Shown here one piece after another: positions 39,920-48,976 of a stretch of DNA of 64,000 bases. The stretch's first letter is position 1. Every line of letters begins with the position of its first letter. Position numbers and translations under genes: made by a program. A model generated the notes under the pieces. The model ran no database searches. It saw only the letters and a program-made list of their open reading frames with translations, and was not told the origin of the DNA. Source of the stretch: Candidatus Nanohaloarchaea archaeon (GTDB lineage: Archaea; Nanohalarchaeota; Nanosalinia; Nanosalinales; Nanosalinaceae). The stretch spans positions 352,001 to 416,000 of the forward strand of contig CP046106.1 in NCBI GenBank assembly GCA_013343275.1, in the 5' to 3' direction.

Positions 39920-40332
39920 TCTTTTTCCCTCCTGGCTGATTGAAGTGTTACCCCTAGAGCTAGAAGCAATAATCCGATATCCCTGATTATTACATCCATG
40001 TAACCTGCGCCTCCAAGAGCGAGGTTCAAAATTATTCCTGCCATCGACAGCGTGACTAATCCAGCTGCCACAGTAGTATATTTATCGAGTGTCAGGGCTG
40101 CTCCGAACAGAATCTCGAATACACCGTTCGCTTTCATGAAAAGAGTTCCAGTTAAGCCTATCTGGCTCATCAGGTCCGCGAAGACGGGAGCTATGTAGCT
40201 TGCCCATACAGCAGGATTTACCAGCTTGTGTACCCCGGAGAACAGTATAACGGTTCCAATACCCAGACGGAAAACCGTGCTTGAATGTTCTGAATATCGT
40301 TCTAAAAACTCTTTCAGGGAGTCGGTAAGCAT
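39916..40332 (-). CDS. DoxX-family membrane protein
   Basis: RLGIG...SGVHKL, GVFE, IIRDIGL. Confidence 0.8.
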   Translation of the reverse strand: MLTDSLKEFLERYSEHSSTVFRLGIGTVILFSGVHKLVNPAVWASYIAPVFADLMSQIGLTGTLFMKANGVFEILFGAALTLDKYTTVAAGLVTLSMAGIILNLALGGAGYMDVIIRDIGLLLLALGVTLQSARREKE

Positions 40333-40358
40333 CTCTGTCTGAGTTTAATCTGCTACAG

Positions 40359-40382
40359 TTTTAAAGGTTACAATAGGGTTAC
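40359..40382 (-). promoter_or_regulatory. TATA box preceded by GTAACC-N5-GTAACC direct repeat
   Basis: + strand ttttaaaGGTTACaatagGGTTAC, about 27 nt upstream of ATG 40332. Confidence 0.6.
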
Positions 40383-40429
40383 AATACTCTGGTTTCTTCA
40401 GTTGAAATTGTAAAGAATTTGCTATTGAT

Positions 40430-40942
40430 TCAGTTTTTTGGCTGCTGGCAGATCCTGGGATTGCCGACTTTTGCTATAGAAAAAGTTATGAGCAATATAC
40501 TCGCTGCTTTCAGACCATTTCCCTGGAAGGGTAATGCCGAGGCTATGCCTAATAGTCCAAAGAAACCTAGGATTCCTGCTCCGCAACCGGCACACCCTCC
40601 AGCCAGAAAAGCTGGGAACATTCCACCACCTTTTCTGATATTGGAGACGCCATTAATTTTTAGAGAACGGTAAAGGTTTACTACCAGAACACCTGAAAAC
40701 ACCGAATAAACTACAGAGAGAAAGATTCCTGTGTATCCAGCAGTATTGAATACATTCCAATTAAGGGCTAAGAAAGCCTCATCTAAATACAGGATACTTG
40801 CATTCAACATTTCTAAAGAATAATTAGGAAAACTACTCAAGGTCAGAACTAAATAGAAGATACTTGAGACGGCAATTAATCGTACTTTCGCTGGAAAAGA
40901 GTCGAAAGAAGACTTAAACCCGTTAACCAGTCCTCTACGCAT
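40430..40942 (-). CDS. Hypothetical membrane protein with GCAGC motif
   Basis: Four TM segments; LAGGCAGCG, LPFQG; lower GC than the backbone. Confidence 0.75.
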   Translation of the reverse strand: MRRGLVNGFKSSFDSFPAKVRLIAVSSIFYLVLTLSSFPNYSLEMLNASILYLDEAFLALNWNVFNTAGYTGIFLSVVYSVFSGVLVVNLYRSLKINGVSNIRKGGGMFPAFLAGGCAGCGAGILGFFGLLGIASALPFQGNGLKAASILLITFSIAKVGNPRICQQPKN

Positions 40943-40967
40943 GTAAATTTATTGAAGTTTCTAGAGA

Positions 40968-40990
40968 TTAAAAGGTTACATTAGGGTTTA
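40968..40990 (-). promoter_or_regulatory. TATA box preceded by a second copy of the GTAACC repeat
   Basis: + strand ttaaaaGGTTACattagGGTTTA, about 26 nt upstream of ATG 40942. Confidence 0.55.
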
Positions 40991-41043
40991 ATTAGCTCTA
41001 CGTACAGGTAACTTTATTGTAGATAACCTCTCAAAATTGGATT

Positions 41044-41349
41044 ATGGTCGACACTGTCAGCCTCAGTCTAGTGATTTTTTCCTCAATACTATTTGGCGTA
41101 GCCGTATATTATACATACCGTCTTTCAGAGGAAACTAACAGAGGAAAGTACTGGATATTCTATCTATTAGCCGCGATAGGCTTAGGAATGCACGAATGGT
41201 TGAAAGTTCTACACATATTTCTAAGAATACCTGAGCCGATTTATAACCTTCTTCTCGAGTTAGGTATAGTCGCTGGAGCTGCAAGCCTGAGCTATGCTTC
41301 CTATGGCCTTTACACATCGATGAAGAAGATTAGAGAAAAGGTGGAATAA
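41044..41349 (+). CDS. Small 3-TM membrane protein
   Basis: Three hydrophobic helices with an intramembrane MHE; coupled to the wHTH gene. Confidence 0.75.
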   Translation: MVDTVSLSLVIFSSILFGVAVYYTYRLSEETNRGKYWIFYLLAAIGLGMHEWLKVLHIFLRIPEPIYNLLLELGIVAGAASLSYASYGLYTSMKKIREKVE

Positions 41350-41353
41350 AGGC

Positions 41354-41617
41354 ATGGATGAATCCGTACTTTTCTACTTTTCAAAAGGTGCAAACATACG
41401 TAGAGAAATAGTTCAGATTGTGAAAGAAAAACAAGACGAAGGAATATACCTTAACGAGATAGCAGATGAACTAGATATGAGCCATGTGGCAGCAAGAAAA
41501 CATATCGAATTACTTCGAGAAGAGGACTACTTAGAACACATTAACCCGGAAGGCAAGCCCAAATATATCAGACTCACGGAAAATGGAGAAAAGATATTGA
41601 AAGATTTTGACGACTGA
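41354..41617 (+). CDS. Winged-HTH (ArsR-like) transcriptional regulator
   Basis: YLNEIADELDMSHVAARKHIELL...LTENG. Confidence 0.85.
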   Translation: MDESVLFYFSKGANIRREIVQIVKEKQDEGIYLNEIADELDMSHVAARKHIELLREEDYLEHINPEGKPKYIRLTENGEKILKDFDD

Positions 41618-41817
41618 ATAATTAAGATTTATTTCCTTTAGCTGAAGCACCGAGCAGTTTACGGAAAACCATGGTTCTATTAGGTCTGGAGCTTCGGCAG
41701 GTATTAGGTTCACCGTTTTCCAACTTACTTCTTCGTGTCTGCCGTGGTAAGTTGTGGTGATTTCGACCTTTCTACTGTGGTTTTTCCTGGTATCTGGTGG
41801 AAAACGAGTTTCTCCTA

Positions 41818-41976
41818 TTATTTCGTGACCACTGCAGTCAGTAGAATAATCAGAAATATTGCGATGACAATTCCGAATCCTATAGCAAGCTCTTTCCAGG
41901 ATAGATGAGCAAGGGCGTGATTTAGGTCATCACCACCTCCGTGGAAAACTGAAGGAATCTGGAAAATAGAGCTCAT
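41818..41976 (-). CDS. 52-aa His-containing single-TM microprotein (not in the ORF track)
   Basis: MSSIFQIPSVFHGGGDDLNHALAHLSWKELAIGFGIVIAIFLIILLTAVVTK; downstream of padR2 on the same strand. Confidence 0.65.
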   Translation of the reverse strand: MSSIFQIPSVFHGGGDDLNHALAHLSWKELAIGFGIVIAIFLIILLTAVVTK

Positions 41977-42005
41977 AATTTAGTCTTTGACCTCTTGCCT
42001 TTGTT

Positions 42006-42425
42006 TCATTTTGAGGCAGCGCAGTGCTTACAGCAGTAAGTTTTTCCATCCTCTTCGTATCCTCCGCTGTAGATCTCGCAACCACAGTTCTCACATTCTT
42101 CTATCTCGCCTTCTATTGCGGCGTGAAGTATTTCTCCGAATGCATCAAGCTGTTCCTTTACAAGATCCTCTCCTTCCTCTGTCAACCGGTAGACTTTCTT
42201 ACCTCGATCTCCTTTTTCTTCTACTGTGGCAACACCCTTGTCCGTTAATTTTTCCAGGAAAGGGTAGATGTGGGATGTTGTCGGTTTATTGCCAGTGATT
42301 CTTTCTATGTCTTTGATTAGTTGATATCCGTGTTTCTCTCCAGATTCGAGCAGTAAAACCGTATATAGTCTGTTTACGTTTGATAGATCAATTTCTTCCA
42401 TTTCCGAGTTCACATTATTAGACAT
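42006..42425 (-). CDS. PadR-family regulator with Cys-rich tail (copy 2)
   Basis: LSNVNRLYTVLLL, HGYQL, HIYPFL; tail CENCGCEIYSGGYEEDG..YCCKHC; start uncertain. Confidence 0.88.
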   Translation of the reverse strand: MSNNVNSEMEEIDLSNVNRLYTVLLLESGEKHGYQLIKDIERITGNKPTTSHIYPFLEKLTDKGVATVEEKGDRGKKVYRLTEEGEDLVKEQLDAFGEILHAAIEGEIEECENCGCEIYSGGYEEDGKTYCCKHCAASK

Positions 42426-42439
42426 ATCATTCACTTATA
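42425..42439. promoter_or_regulatory. Operator, 1 mismatch (site 3)
   Basis: TATCAttcacTTATA at the padR2 start. Confidence 0.5.
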
Positions 42440-42447
42440 TATCAATT

Positions 42448-42993
42448 TCATATTTCTTTGCAGCAATCTACCGCCTTCTTTACCAAATTCCTGGCCTGGG
42501 AGAGCATTGAAGAATCTCTTGAATCTGCTTCATCAGATCCTTTCCTTGTACTGGCGCCCATATCATTTCCTTTAATGTCTTCGACTTCCTGTGTTACTTC
42601 TCCCTTATCCGCTACATCAAGATTGATCGCCCAAAACATGGAGTAAAGTGAGAACGCTTTGTCATAGAATTTTTCCGCCTTCTCACGATCCTGGTCAAGC
42701 ATTTTATCTCCGGTTTCCCGGAACCTCATAGAAGCTGCCAGCAAGTGTTTGGAAATACACCATTCTTCGCCCTCAGTGTTTTCCACCAGTTCTTTCATTG
42801 CTTCTGTCCTAATCTCCCTGATTTCGGAAAGCATTTCCAGAGAATCATCTGAACCTGTTTTTTCGTGAGTGAAGAAGAGATGCTCTTCAAGTGATATCAA
42901 GTTCATCAAACCTACAGACAGGTCTTCATCACGGGAGAGATCGAGTTTGTTGACATCTGAACCCAGTTTTTCCATTAGTTCATCTTTTTCCAT
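42448..42993 (-). CDS. Hypothetical helical protein with putative metal ligands
   Basis: NLISLEEH..FTH, WCISKHLL, C-terminal DCCKEI. Confidence 0.75.
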   Translation of the reverse strand: MEKDELMEKLGSDVNKLDLSRDEDLSVGLMNLISLEEHLFFTHEKTGSDDSLEMLSEIREIRTEAMKELVENTEGEEWCISKHLLAASMRFRETGDKMLDQDREKAEKFYDKAFSLYSMFWAINLDVADKGEVTQEVEDIKGNDMGASTRKGSDEADSRDSSMLSQARNLVKKAVDCCKEI

Positions 42994-43034
42994 GCTCTTC
43001 GGGAAATGATTGAGTCCGATAATTTATAAATTCA

Positions 43035-43049
43035 TATCACAGAGTGATA
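43035..43049. promoter_or_regulatory. Operator TATCA-N5-TGATA (site 4)
   Basis: ATATCACagaGTGATAT between TTTATAAA (43023) and ATG 43054. Confidence 0.8.
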
Positions 43050-43053
43050 TATC

Positions 43054-43563
43054 ATGAATTTAGATGTCGACAGGTTTCTCAACTTATACAGTGCAGGAGG
43101 AATAGCTTTAATTGGCCTTATAGCGATCACAGTGGCAGTTTCAGGATCAAATAGAGCTGTGAACGCCGCAGATCAAACCGCGATAAAAGACGTCCAAGCA
43201 GTAGTCTACAAGTCGCCCAGCTGCGGATGCTGTGGTGCATGGGCGCAGTACGCTGAAAGAAGAGGAATTAATGTAGAAGTGAATGCAGTTGGAAACCTGA
43301 ATCAAATTAAAGAAAAATATGGGGTTCCTGAAGGGAAACAGGCCTGCCACACAACAGTGCTGAAGGAATCAGGTTATGTGGTGGAAGGTCATGTACCGAC
43401 CAGGGCGATAAATAAGCTGCTCACTGAAAAACCGGATGTTCAGGGTATTGGTTTGCCTGGTATGCCCAAGGGAAGCCCTGGTATGCCAGGACCGAAACAG
43501 GGGGACTGGAAAATCTACTCGTTCACTGAAAGCAGCCAAACCTCAAAATTTATGACGGTGTAG
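43054..43563 (+). CDS. DUF411 / CopG-like metal-binding protein
   Basis: YKSPSCGCC, ACHT, VEGHVP, PGMPKGSPGM. Confidence 0.88.
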   Translation: MNLDVDRFLNLYSAGGIALIGLIAITVAVSGSNRAVNAADQTAIKDVQAVVYKSPSCGCCGAWAQYAERRGINVEVNAVGNLNQIKEKYGVPEGKQACHTTVLKESGYVVEGHVPTRAINKLLTEKPDVQGIGLPGMPKGSPGMPGPKQGDWKIYSFTESSQTSKFMTV

Positions 43564-43567
43564 AGGA

Positions 43568-44086
43568 ATGCTGTGGAGCATAGGGGTTCTCGTTCTCTTC
43601 TTACTTATTTTTACAGGTGCGGCTTCAGCGCACTGTCCTCTATGTGTTGTAGGCGCGGGTGCTGCGGTAGCGGGAGCATCATACCTCGGAGTGGCTAAAC
43701 CCGTTCTCGGCTTGTTCATAGGTGCATTCGCGGTTGCCACTGGCTGGTGGGTGGCCAATAAAATATCCAAAGAGTACATCTCATACCAGCGAGAGGTCGT
43801 AATAGCTTCCTCATTTCTGCTGACAGTTATCCCAATACTCCCGATAATGGGGAAAAAGAAAGCACTGTATCTAGGCTTAATGGGTAGCTACGGCACTTTA
43901 CTCAACGATACCTACATGTACGACGCGTCACTGGTTACGGCCTTAATCGGGGGCCTAGTGGTGACTTTCTCACCGAAGATCAGTAGCAAAATCACAGAAA
44001 TCAGAGGCAGACACATCGATTATCAGGGCATACTGGTGACATTCACCACATTGATTGTCTTAAGCCTCGTAATCCAGTTCATTTAA
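43568..44086 (+). CDS. Hypothetical membrane protein with HCPLC motif
   Basis: Signal-like N-terminus then AHCPLC; 4-5 TM segments. Confidence 0.75.
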   Translation: MLWSIGVLVLFLLIFTGAASAHCPLCVVGAGAAVAGASYLGVAKPVLGLFIGAFAVATGWWVANKISKEYISYQREVVIASSFLLTVIPILPIMGKKKALYLGLMGSYGTLLNDTYMYDASLVTALIGGLVVTFSPKISSKITEIRGRHIDYQGILVTFTTLIVLSLVIQFI

Positions 44087-44087
44087 G

Positions 44088-44675
44088 ATGAAACTACGGG
44101 AATCGTTGAAGGATAACAGGAGAAAAGTTGCAGTAACTGCGTTAATAGCCGGGGCAGCATTGATTTTTCTGGTTGCCTTCTTCGTGCCTTTAAACAACGC
44201 TCCAGCGAAAAACAGTTCTGAAACCGGATTCAACCGAGCCGACCTCATGTTCATGAACATGATGATAATCCACCACGATCAGGCGATTGAGATGGCGGAG
44301 CTAGCACCTAACAGAACTGATAACGAAAACATACTCGAACTTTCAAGAAATATTTCCGAAGCTCAGAGAGCAGAGAATGAACAGATGGCAGAGTGGCTGA
44401 GAGAACTCGGCTACCAGAGACCTGTAAGAGGGCACAGAATGGCAGGAATGGCTTCACAGGAAGAGATGCAGAGATTAAAGAATAGTAGCGGCAGAGGGTT
44501 TGATCGCTTGTTCTCTGAACTGATGATCCGGCATCACAGAGGCGGTATACAGATGGCGCAGGCTTTTTCTCGGCGAGGAAGTTACCCTGAACTTATCCAG
44601 ATGGAGAAACAGATGATCGAGGCCCAGCAGAAGGAAATCCAGTTGATGCAGGAGTGGCAGCAAAACTGGAACTGA
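44088..44675 (+). CDS. DUF305 (CopM-like) metal-binding protein
   Basis: MIIHHDQAIEMA, MAGMAS, MIRHHRGGIQMA. Confidence 0.88.
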   Translation: MKLRESLKDNRRKVAVTALIAGAALIFLVAFFVPLNNAPAKNSSETGFNRADLMFMNMMIIHHDQAIEMAELAPNRTDNENILELSRNISEAQRAENEQMAEWLRELGYQRPVRGHRMAGMASQEEMQRLKNSSGRGFDRLFSELMIRHHRGGIQMAQAFSRRGSYPELIQMEKQMIEAQQKEIQLMQEWQQNWN

Positions 44676-44697
44676 AGAAAAACGCTTAAAAACAACC

Positions 44698-44712
44698 TGT
44701 CACTATGTGATA
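44698..44712. promoter_or_regulatory. Operator, 1 mismatch (site 5)
   Basis: TGTCActatgTGATA upstream of the second DsbA gene. Confidence 0.6.
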
Positions 44713-44717
44713 TGTAA

Positions 44718-45521
44718 GTGTTTGATATGGCAGAAAAAGTTTCACTAGACATCTCGGTAAAGAACGCAATAGCAATTAGCTTCATAGCAGGAATAATTCT
44801 AGGCATCTTAATAGGAGGTGCAGGCGCATTAACTCTTCAAAAAAGCCCACAAACGCTGGAACCTACTTCTACAAACAATCCGTCGCCCAGCCCAACAACT
44901 AGCGACACCCAGCAAGACAACAAAGATGGAGGAAACACTGTCTCCGTTGCCGACCTGACATGGGAGAATGACCCTGTGTTAGGCAGCAAGGATGCAGAAG
45001 TTACACTTGTATGGTTCAGCGATCTGAACTGTATGTACTGTCGACGTTTCGCCCAAAACACATTCCCACAGATCAGAGAAAACTACGTAAGTCAAGGAGA
45101 GGTCCGAGTAGTGAAAAAGGACTTCATCACGATGGGAGCAAACTCCGTAACACTGGCAAAAGCCTCGCAAGCAGCATGGCAACTAGTCGGAGAAGAGAAC
45201 CCGAAAGTCTACTGGAGATGGACGGACGCGATCTCAGAGAACCAGCCTGAGAGAAAAAGGAATTCACAGACTGTTACAGAGGACATAATCTCAACAACCA
45301 GAGAGGTTGATGGGATTAAAGCAGAACAGCTCCGAGAGAAGATGAAAGAGATTAGCAGAGAGGAGATACAGCAGGATATTCAGGATGGCAAACAGAGAGG
45401 CATATCAGGAACACCAGGATTCCTGATATTCAGGACAGGATCTGATGAAGCCACGCAAATGACGGGAGCTCAACCCTACAGCGTCTTCAAATCTGAGATC
45501 AACAAACTCCTAGAGAGCTAG
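44718..45521 (+). CDS. Membrane-anchored DsbA-like protein
   Basis: DLNCMYC, GTPGF, GAQPY; paralog of 38828-39919. Confidence 0.88.
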   Translation: MFDMAEKVSLDISVKNAIAISFIAGIILGILIGGAGALTLQKSPQTLEPTSTNNPSPSPTTSDTQQDNKDGGNTVSVADLTWENDPVLGSKDAEVTLVWFSDLNCMYCRRFAQNTFPQIRENYVSQGEVRVVKKDFITMGANSVTLAKASQAAWQLVGEENPKVYWRWTDAISENQPERKRNSQTVTEDIISTTREVDGIKAEQLREKMKEISREEIQQDIQDGKQRGISGTPGFLIFRTGSDEATQMTGAQPYSVFKSEINKLLES

Positions 45522-45560
45522 CTCCTGGGCGCCACCTGTCTTTTATTTTTTACACTCACC

Positions 45561-45575
45561 TATCACATACTGATA
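45561..45575. promoter_or_regulatory. Operator TATCA-N5-TGATA (site 6)
   Basis: TATCAcatacTGATA upstream of the operon that ends in the Cu-ATPase. Confidence 0.75.
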
Positions 45576-45612
45576 TAAAGACCTGTGAGGAATAACCAGA
45601 TGTGATCTCAAA

Positions 45613-45900
45613 ATGAAACTCAAAAACAAACTTTCCATAATGATTGTATCGCTGATTACAACCCTCTCCACAGTGGCAGCCCATTCAGGCGAAGAAGGAG
45701 GAACTAATACCGGCACGATGATGTGGAGCGATGGCGGGGGCTGGATGCACAACGGGTCGCATATGATGGGATACAACATGTGGGGAATGGGCTGGTTCGG
45801 ACTACTATTCGGCCTCGCATTCTGGATACTAGTAATCCTCGGAATAATCTACCTGTACCAGCGAATCACTGAAAACGGAGGCGGCGAACAAAATGAGTGA
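45613..45900 (+). CDS. Small Met/His/Gly-rich membrane protein
   Basis: Signal, AHSG, MMW..GGWMHNGSHMMG, TM. Confidence 0.75.
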   Translation: MKLKNKLSIMIVSLITTLSTVAAHSGEEGGTNTGTMMWSDGGGWMHNGSHMMGYNMWGMGWFGLLFGLAFWILVILGIIYLYQRITENGGGEQNE

Positions 45901-46285
45901 GTACGGGAGAACCGCTGAAGTCGAATACAGCTACTCCGAAGCTATAGAAAAGACGAAAGAAGTTCTCGCAGACCATGGCTTCGGAGTCCTATCAGAGATA
46001 GAGGTATCCGAAAAACTCAGGGAAAAGCTGGATGTAGAGTTCGATGACTACATGATTCTAGGAGCATGCAACCCGGAAAAAGCCTACCAGGGACTGCAGG
46101 AGGAAAAAGAACTTGGGCTGCTTCTCCCCTGCAACGTAATAGTATACAGGCAAGACGGCAAAACCTTTGTATCGGCGATAAAGGCTTCAAAGGCACTTGA
46201 AGTGGCAGGAAATGAAAATCTGGAGCCGATAGCAGAAGAAGTTGAAAAAGACCTGGAAAAAGTCATAAACGAGGTAAAACAGTAA
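45893..46285 (+). CDS. DUF302-family protein
   Basis: GFGVL, ILGACNP, LLLPCNVIVY. Confidence 0.9.
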   Translation: MSEYGRTAEVEYSYSEAIEKTKEVLADHGFGVLSEIEVSEKLREKLDVEFDDYMILGACNPEKAYQGLQEEKELGLLLPCNVIVYRQDGKTFVSAIKASKALEVAGNENLEPIAEEVEKDLEKVINEVKQ

Positions 46286-46557
46286 TGGCAGGAAGTAAGA
46301 ATCAGACAGGAATCGCATTAGGAGCACTTTTCGGACTGATGCACACTCTATGGGTTGTAGCAGTAGGAGCAGGAGTAGGTCAACCCGTAGTAGACGCTCT
46401 TGAATCAGGACACTTCCTGTCCTCAAACTACTCTGTTACCGCGTTTGAACCTGTGACGGCTTTAACAGGGATAGTAGAGGCAATTATCGCAGGTTATATC
46501 ATCGGCTGGGCGTTCATTTACATCTACAACCTTACAGGTAGGAAGTTAGACAGTTAG
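46285..46557 (+). CDS. Small membrane protein
   Basis: GLMHTLW, GHFL; two TM segments. Confidence 0.75.
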   Translation: MAGSKNQTGIALGALFGLMHTLWVVAVGAGVGQPVVDALESGHFLSSNYSVTAFEPVTALTGIVEAIIAGYIIGWAFIYIYNLTGRKLDS

Positions 46558-46573
46558 GAGGTTTTTCAATAAA

Positions 46574-48589
46574 ATGGAACACGATCACGACCACGGCGAC
46601 GATTCCGACCACGACCATCACTCAGGTCACAGTCACAAGCATCACGAAGAAATGTTCAAGAGAAAATTCTTCATCTCCACAGCTCTATCCATCCCTGTCC
46701 TATACTTCAGTACTTTTGTTTCAGGACTACTGGGCTACACACCGCCATCTTTCACCGGCAGTAACCTGATTGTCCCTGTCTTTTCAATCATAATTTTCGG
46801 CTACGGAGGAATTCCTTTCCTCAAAATGGCAAAGTCGGAGTTCGAGGATAGACAGCCCGGAATGATGATGCTGATCTCGCTCGCTATAACAGTCGCCTTT
46901 GTCTACAGTATGGCGGCTTTATTCCTGAATACACAGTCCAGCTTCTTCTGGGAACTCGTAACTCTGATCGATATCATGCTTCTCGGACACTGGATCGAAA
47001 TGCGGAGTGTTCGACAGGCTTCAGGAGCTCTAGACGAACTCGCCCAGCTAATGCCAGATACTACAGAAAGAATAAACGAGGACGGAACGGTCGAAGAAGT
47101 CAAAGTAAGCGAACTTGAGGAAGGCGACAAAGTACTTGTCAGACCCGGTGCTTCAGTACCAGCTGATGGAGTCGTAGTCGAAGGAGAATCAGATGTCAAC
47201 GAATCCATGATAACAGGAGAATCCAAACCCGTCAGCAAAGAGCCAGGAGACGAAGTCATCGGCGGAACAGTAAACAAAGAAGGAAGCCTCAGAGTAGAAA
47301 TCACTGCCACAGGAGAAGAAACCGCACTATCCGGAATAATGAAGATGGTAGAGGAAGCTCAGGAAAGCAAGTCAAAGACCCAGTTACTGGCTGACAAAGC
47401 AGCCGGATGGCTTTTCTATATAGCACTAGGTTCAGGGGCAATCACGGCACTGGCCTGGACAATCGCAGTAGGATTTAACGTAACCGTAATCGAGAGAGTA
47501 GTAACAGTTCTTGTTATCGCATGTCCACACGCACTAGGTCTTGCTGTGCCGCTTGTAGTTGCAATCAACACTTCGCTGGCAGCCAAGAACGGAATTTTAG
47601 TTAGAGACCGTATCGCTATGGAAGAAGCAAGGAAACTAGACACAGTCATGTTCGACAAGACAGGAACATTGACAAAAGGAGAAATGGGAGTTGTAGAGAT
47701 TGAAACAGACGGAATAGAAGAAGACAAAGCGTTGACCCTACTTGCTTCAGTTGAATCGGACTCAGAACATATAATCGCCGAAGCAATCAGAAACTCGGCT
47801 GAAGAACGAGATCTCAGCATTCACGACGCAGAAGATTTCCAGGCGATCAAAGGGAAAGGAGTCAGAGCAGAGGTAAAAGGGGAAACGCTCTATGTTGGAG
47901 GCCCTAACCTAGCAAAGTCAGAAGGATTCAAGATCTCCGACAAACTGAACCAGTTTGCTCAGAATGCAGCAGAGAATGCAGAAACAGCAGTATACCTGTT
48001 CAGAGACGGAGAAGCAGTAGCGGCAGTAGGTCTTGCAGATGTTATCCGAGAAGAAAGTCGTGAAGCTATCGAAAAACTCCACGAAAGAGGTATCGAAGTG
48101 GCGATGTTGACAGGAGACAGTGAAGATGTAGCAGAAGCAGTCGCTAAAGAGCTCAATATCGATACATTCTTCGCTGAGGTCTTACCCGAAGATAAGGACA
48201 AGAAAGTCCAGGAGCTACAGGATCAAGACAAGGAAGTAGCGATGGTCGGGGACGGAGTCAATGATGCACCAGCATTAACAAGAGCTGATGTAGGAATAGC
48301 GATAGGTTCAGGAACTGATGTTGCGGTGGAGTCAGCAGACATCATACTGGTCCAGAATAATCCGCTCGATGTCGTCAAGCTGTTGAATCTCAGCGATCTC
48401 AGCTACAGTAAGATGAAGCAAAACTTGTTCTGGGCAACAGGCTACAACGCCTTTGCAATACCGCTCGCCGCAGGAGTAGCTGCGCCAATAGGTTTAGTAC
48501 TTTCGCCCGCAGTCGGAGCGGTAATAATGTCTCTGAGCACAGTAATCGTGGCCTTCAACGCCCAGTTAATGAAGAGGAAAGAAATCTAG
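46574..48589 (+). CDS. copB: P1B-3 type copper-translocating P-type ATPase
   Basis: His-rich N-terminus, [36 protein letters not shown]. Confidence 0.93.
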   Translation: MEHDHDHGDDSDHDHHSGHSHKHHEEMFKRKFFISTALSIPVLYFSTFVSGLLGYTPPSFTGSNLIVPVFSIIIFGYGGIPFLKMAKSEFEDRQPGMMMLISLAITVAFVYSMAALFLNTQSSFFWELVTLIDIMLLGHWIEMRSVRQASGALDELAQLMPDTTERINEDGTVEEVKVSELEEGDKVLVRPGASVPADGVVVEGESDVNESMITGESKPVSKEPGDEVIGGTVNKEGSLRVEITATGEETALSGIMKMVEEAQESKSKTQLLADKAAGWLFYIALGSGAITALAWTIAVGFNVTVIERVVTVLVIACPHALGLAVPLVVAINTSLAAKNGILVRDRIAMEEARKLDTVMFDKTGTLTKGEMGVVEIETDGIEEDKALTLLASVESDSEHIIAEAIRNSAEERDLSIHDAEDFQAIKGKGVRAEVKGETLYVGGPNLAKSEGFKISDKLNQFAQNAAENAETAVYLFRDGEAVAAVGLADVIREESREAIEKLHERGIEVAMLTGDSEDVAEAVAKELNIDTFFAEVLPEDKDKKVQELQDQDKEVAMVGDGVNDAPALTRADVGIAIGSGTDVAVESADIILVQNNPLDVVKLLNLSDLSYSKMKQNLFWATGYNAFAIPLAAGVAAPIGLVLSPAVGAVIMSLSTVIVAFNAQLMKRKEI

Positions 48590-48879
48590 AAGAGATGCTC
48601 TCTGTACTCCTCAAGCATCTCAAAGGCCTCTTCTATCTCTTCTTCACTGTATTCATCAGTTACCTCGTAGGATTTCAGGCCTCCGTTAATAACCAGAGCA
48701 TCGGCATCTTCAAGGATACTTAGAGCCGAGTTCGCTACATCAAAACCATCGAGATCCTGAGGATGCAATACCTCATTGTTCTTTAGAGCGTTACTGTACT
48801 GATCAGGTTTTGCCGCAAGCTCCCTAAGGCCTGCTCCTCCGCTACTAGCAATCTTCTTGTAGAGTTCTTCTCCACTCAT
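48586..48879 (-). CDS. Hypothetical protein
   Basis: Acidic ORF with backbone-like AGGCCT sites. Confidence 0.7.
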   Translation of the reverse strand: MSGEELYKKIASSGGAGLRELAAKPDQYSNALKNNEVLHPQDLDGFDVANSALSILEDADALVINGGLKSYEVTDEYSEEEIEEAFEMLEEYREHLF

Positions 48880-48976
48880 GCCGAAGTATGTAATATGTTA
48901 CAACTCTTTTTACTGTTCTCCCTCACAGAAACCTCCGCTTAAAAAGTTGAGATAGGAAGTTCTGAAATATAGAAAG

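Noticed and set aside
41531-41810. Open minus-strand frame downstream of the microprotein
   Set aside because: No recognisable motif, overlaps the wHTH gene, atypical composition; possibly decayed sequence
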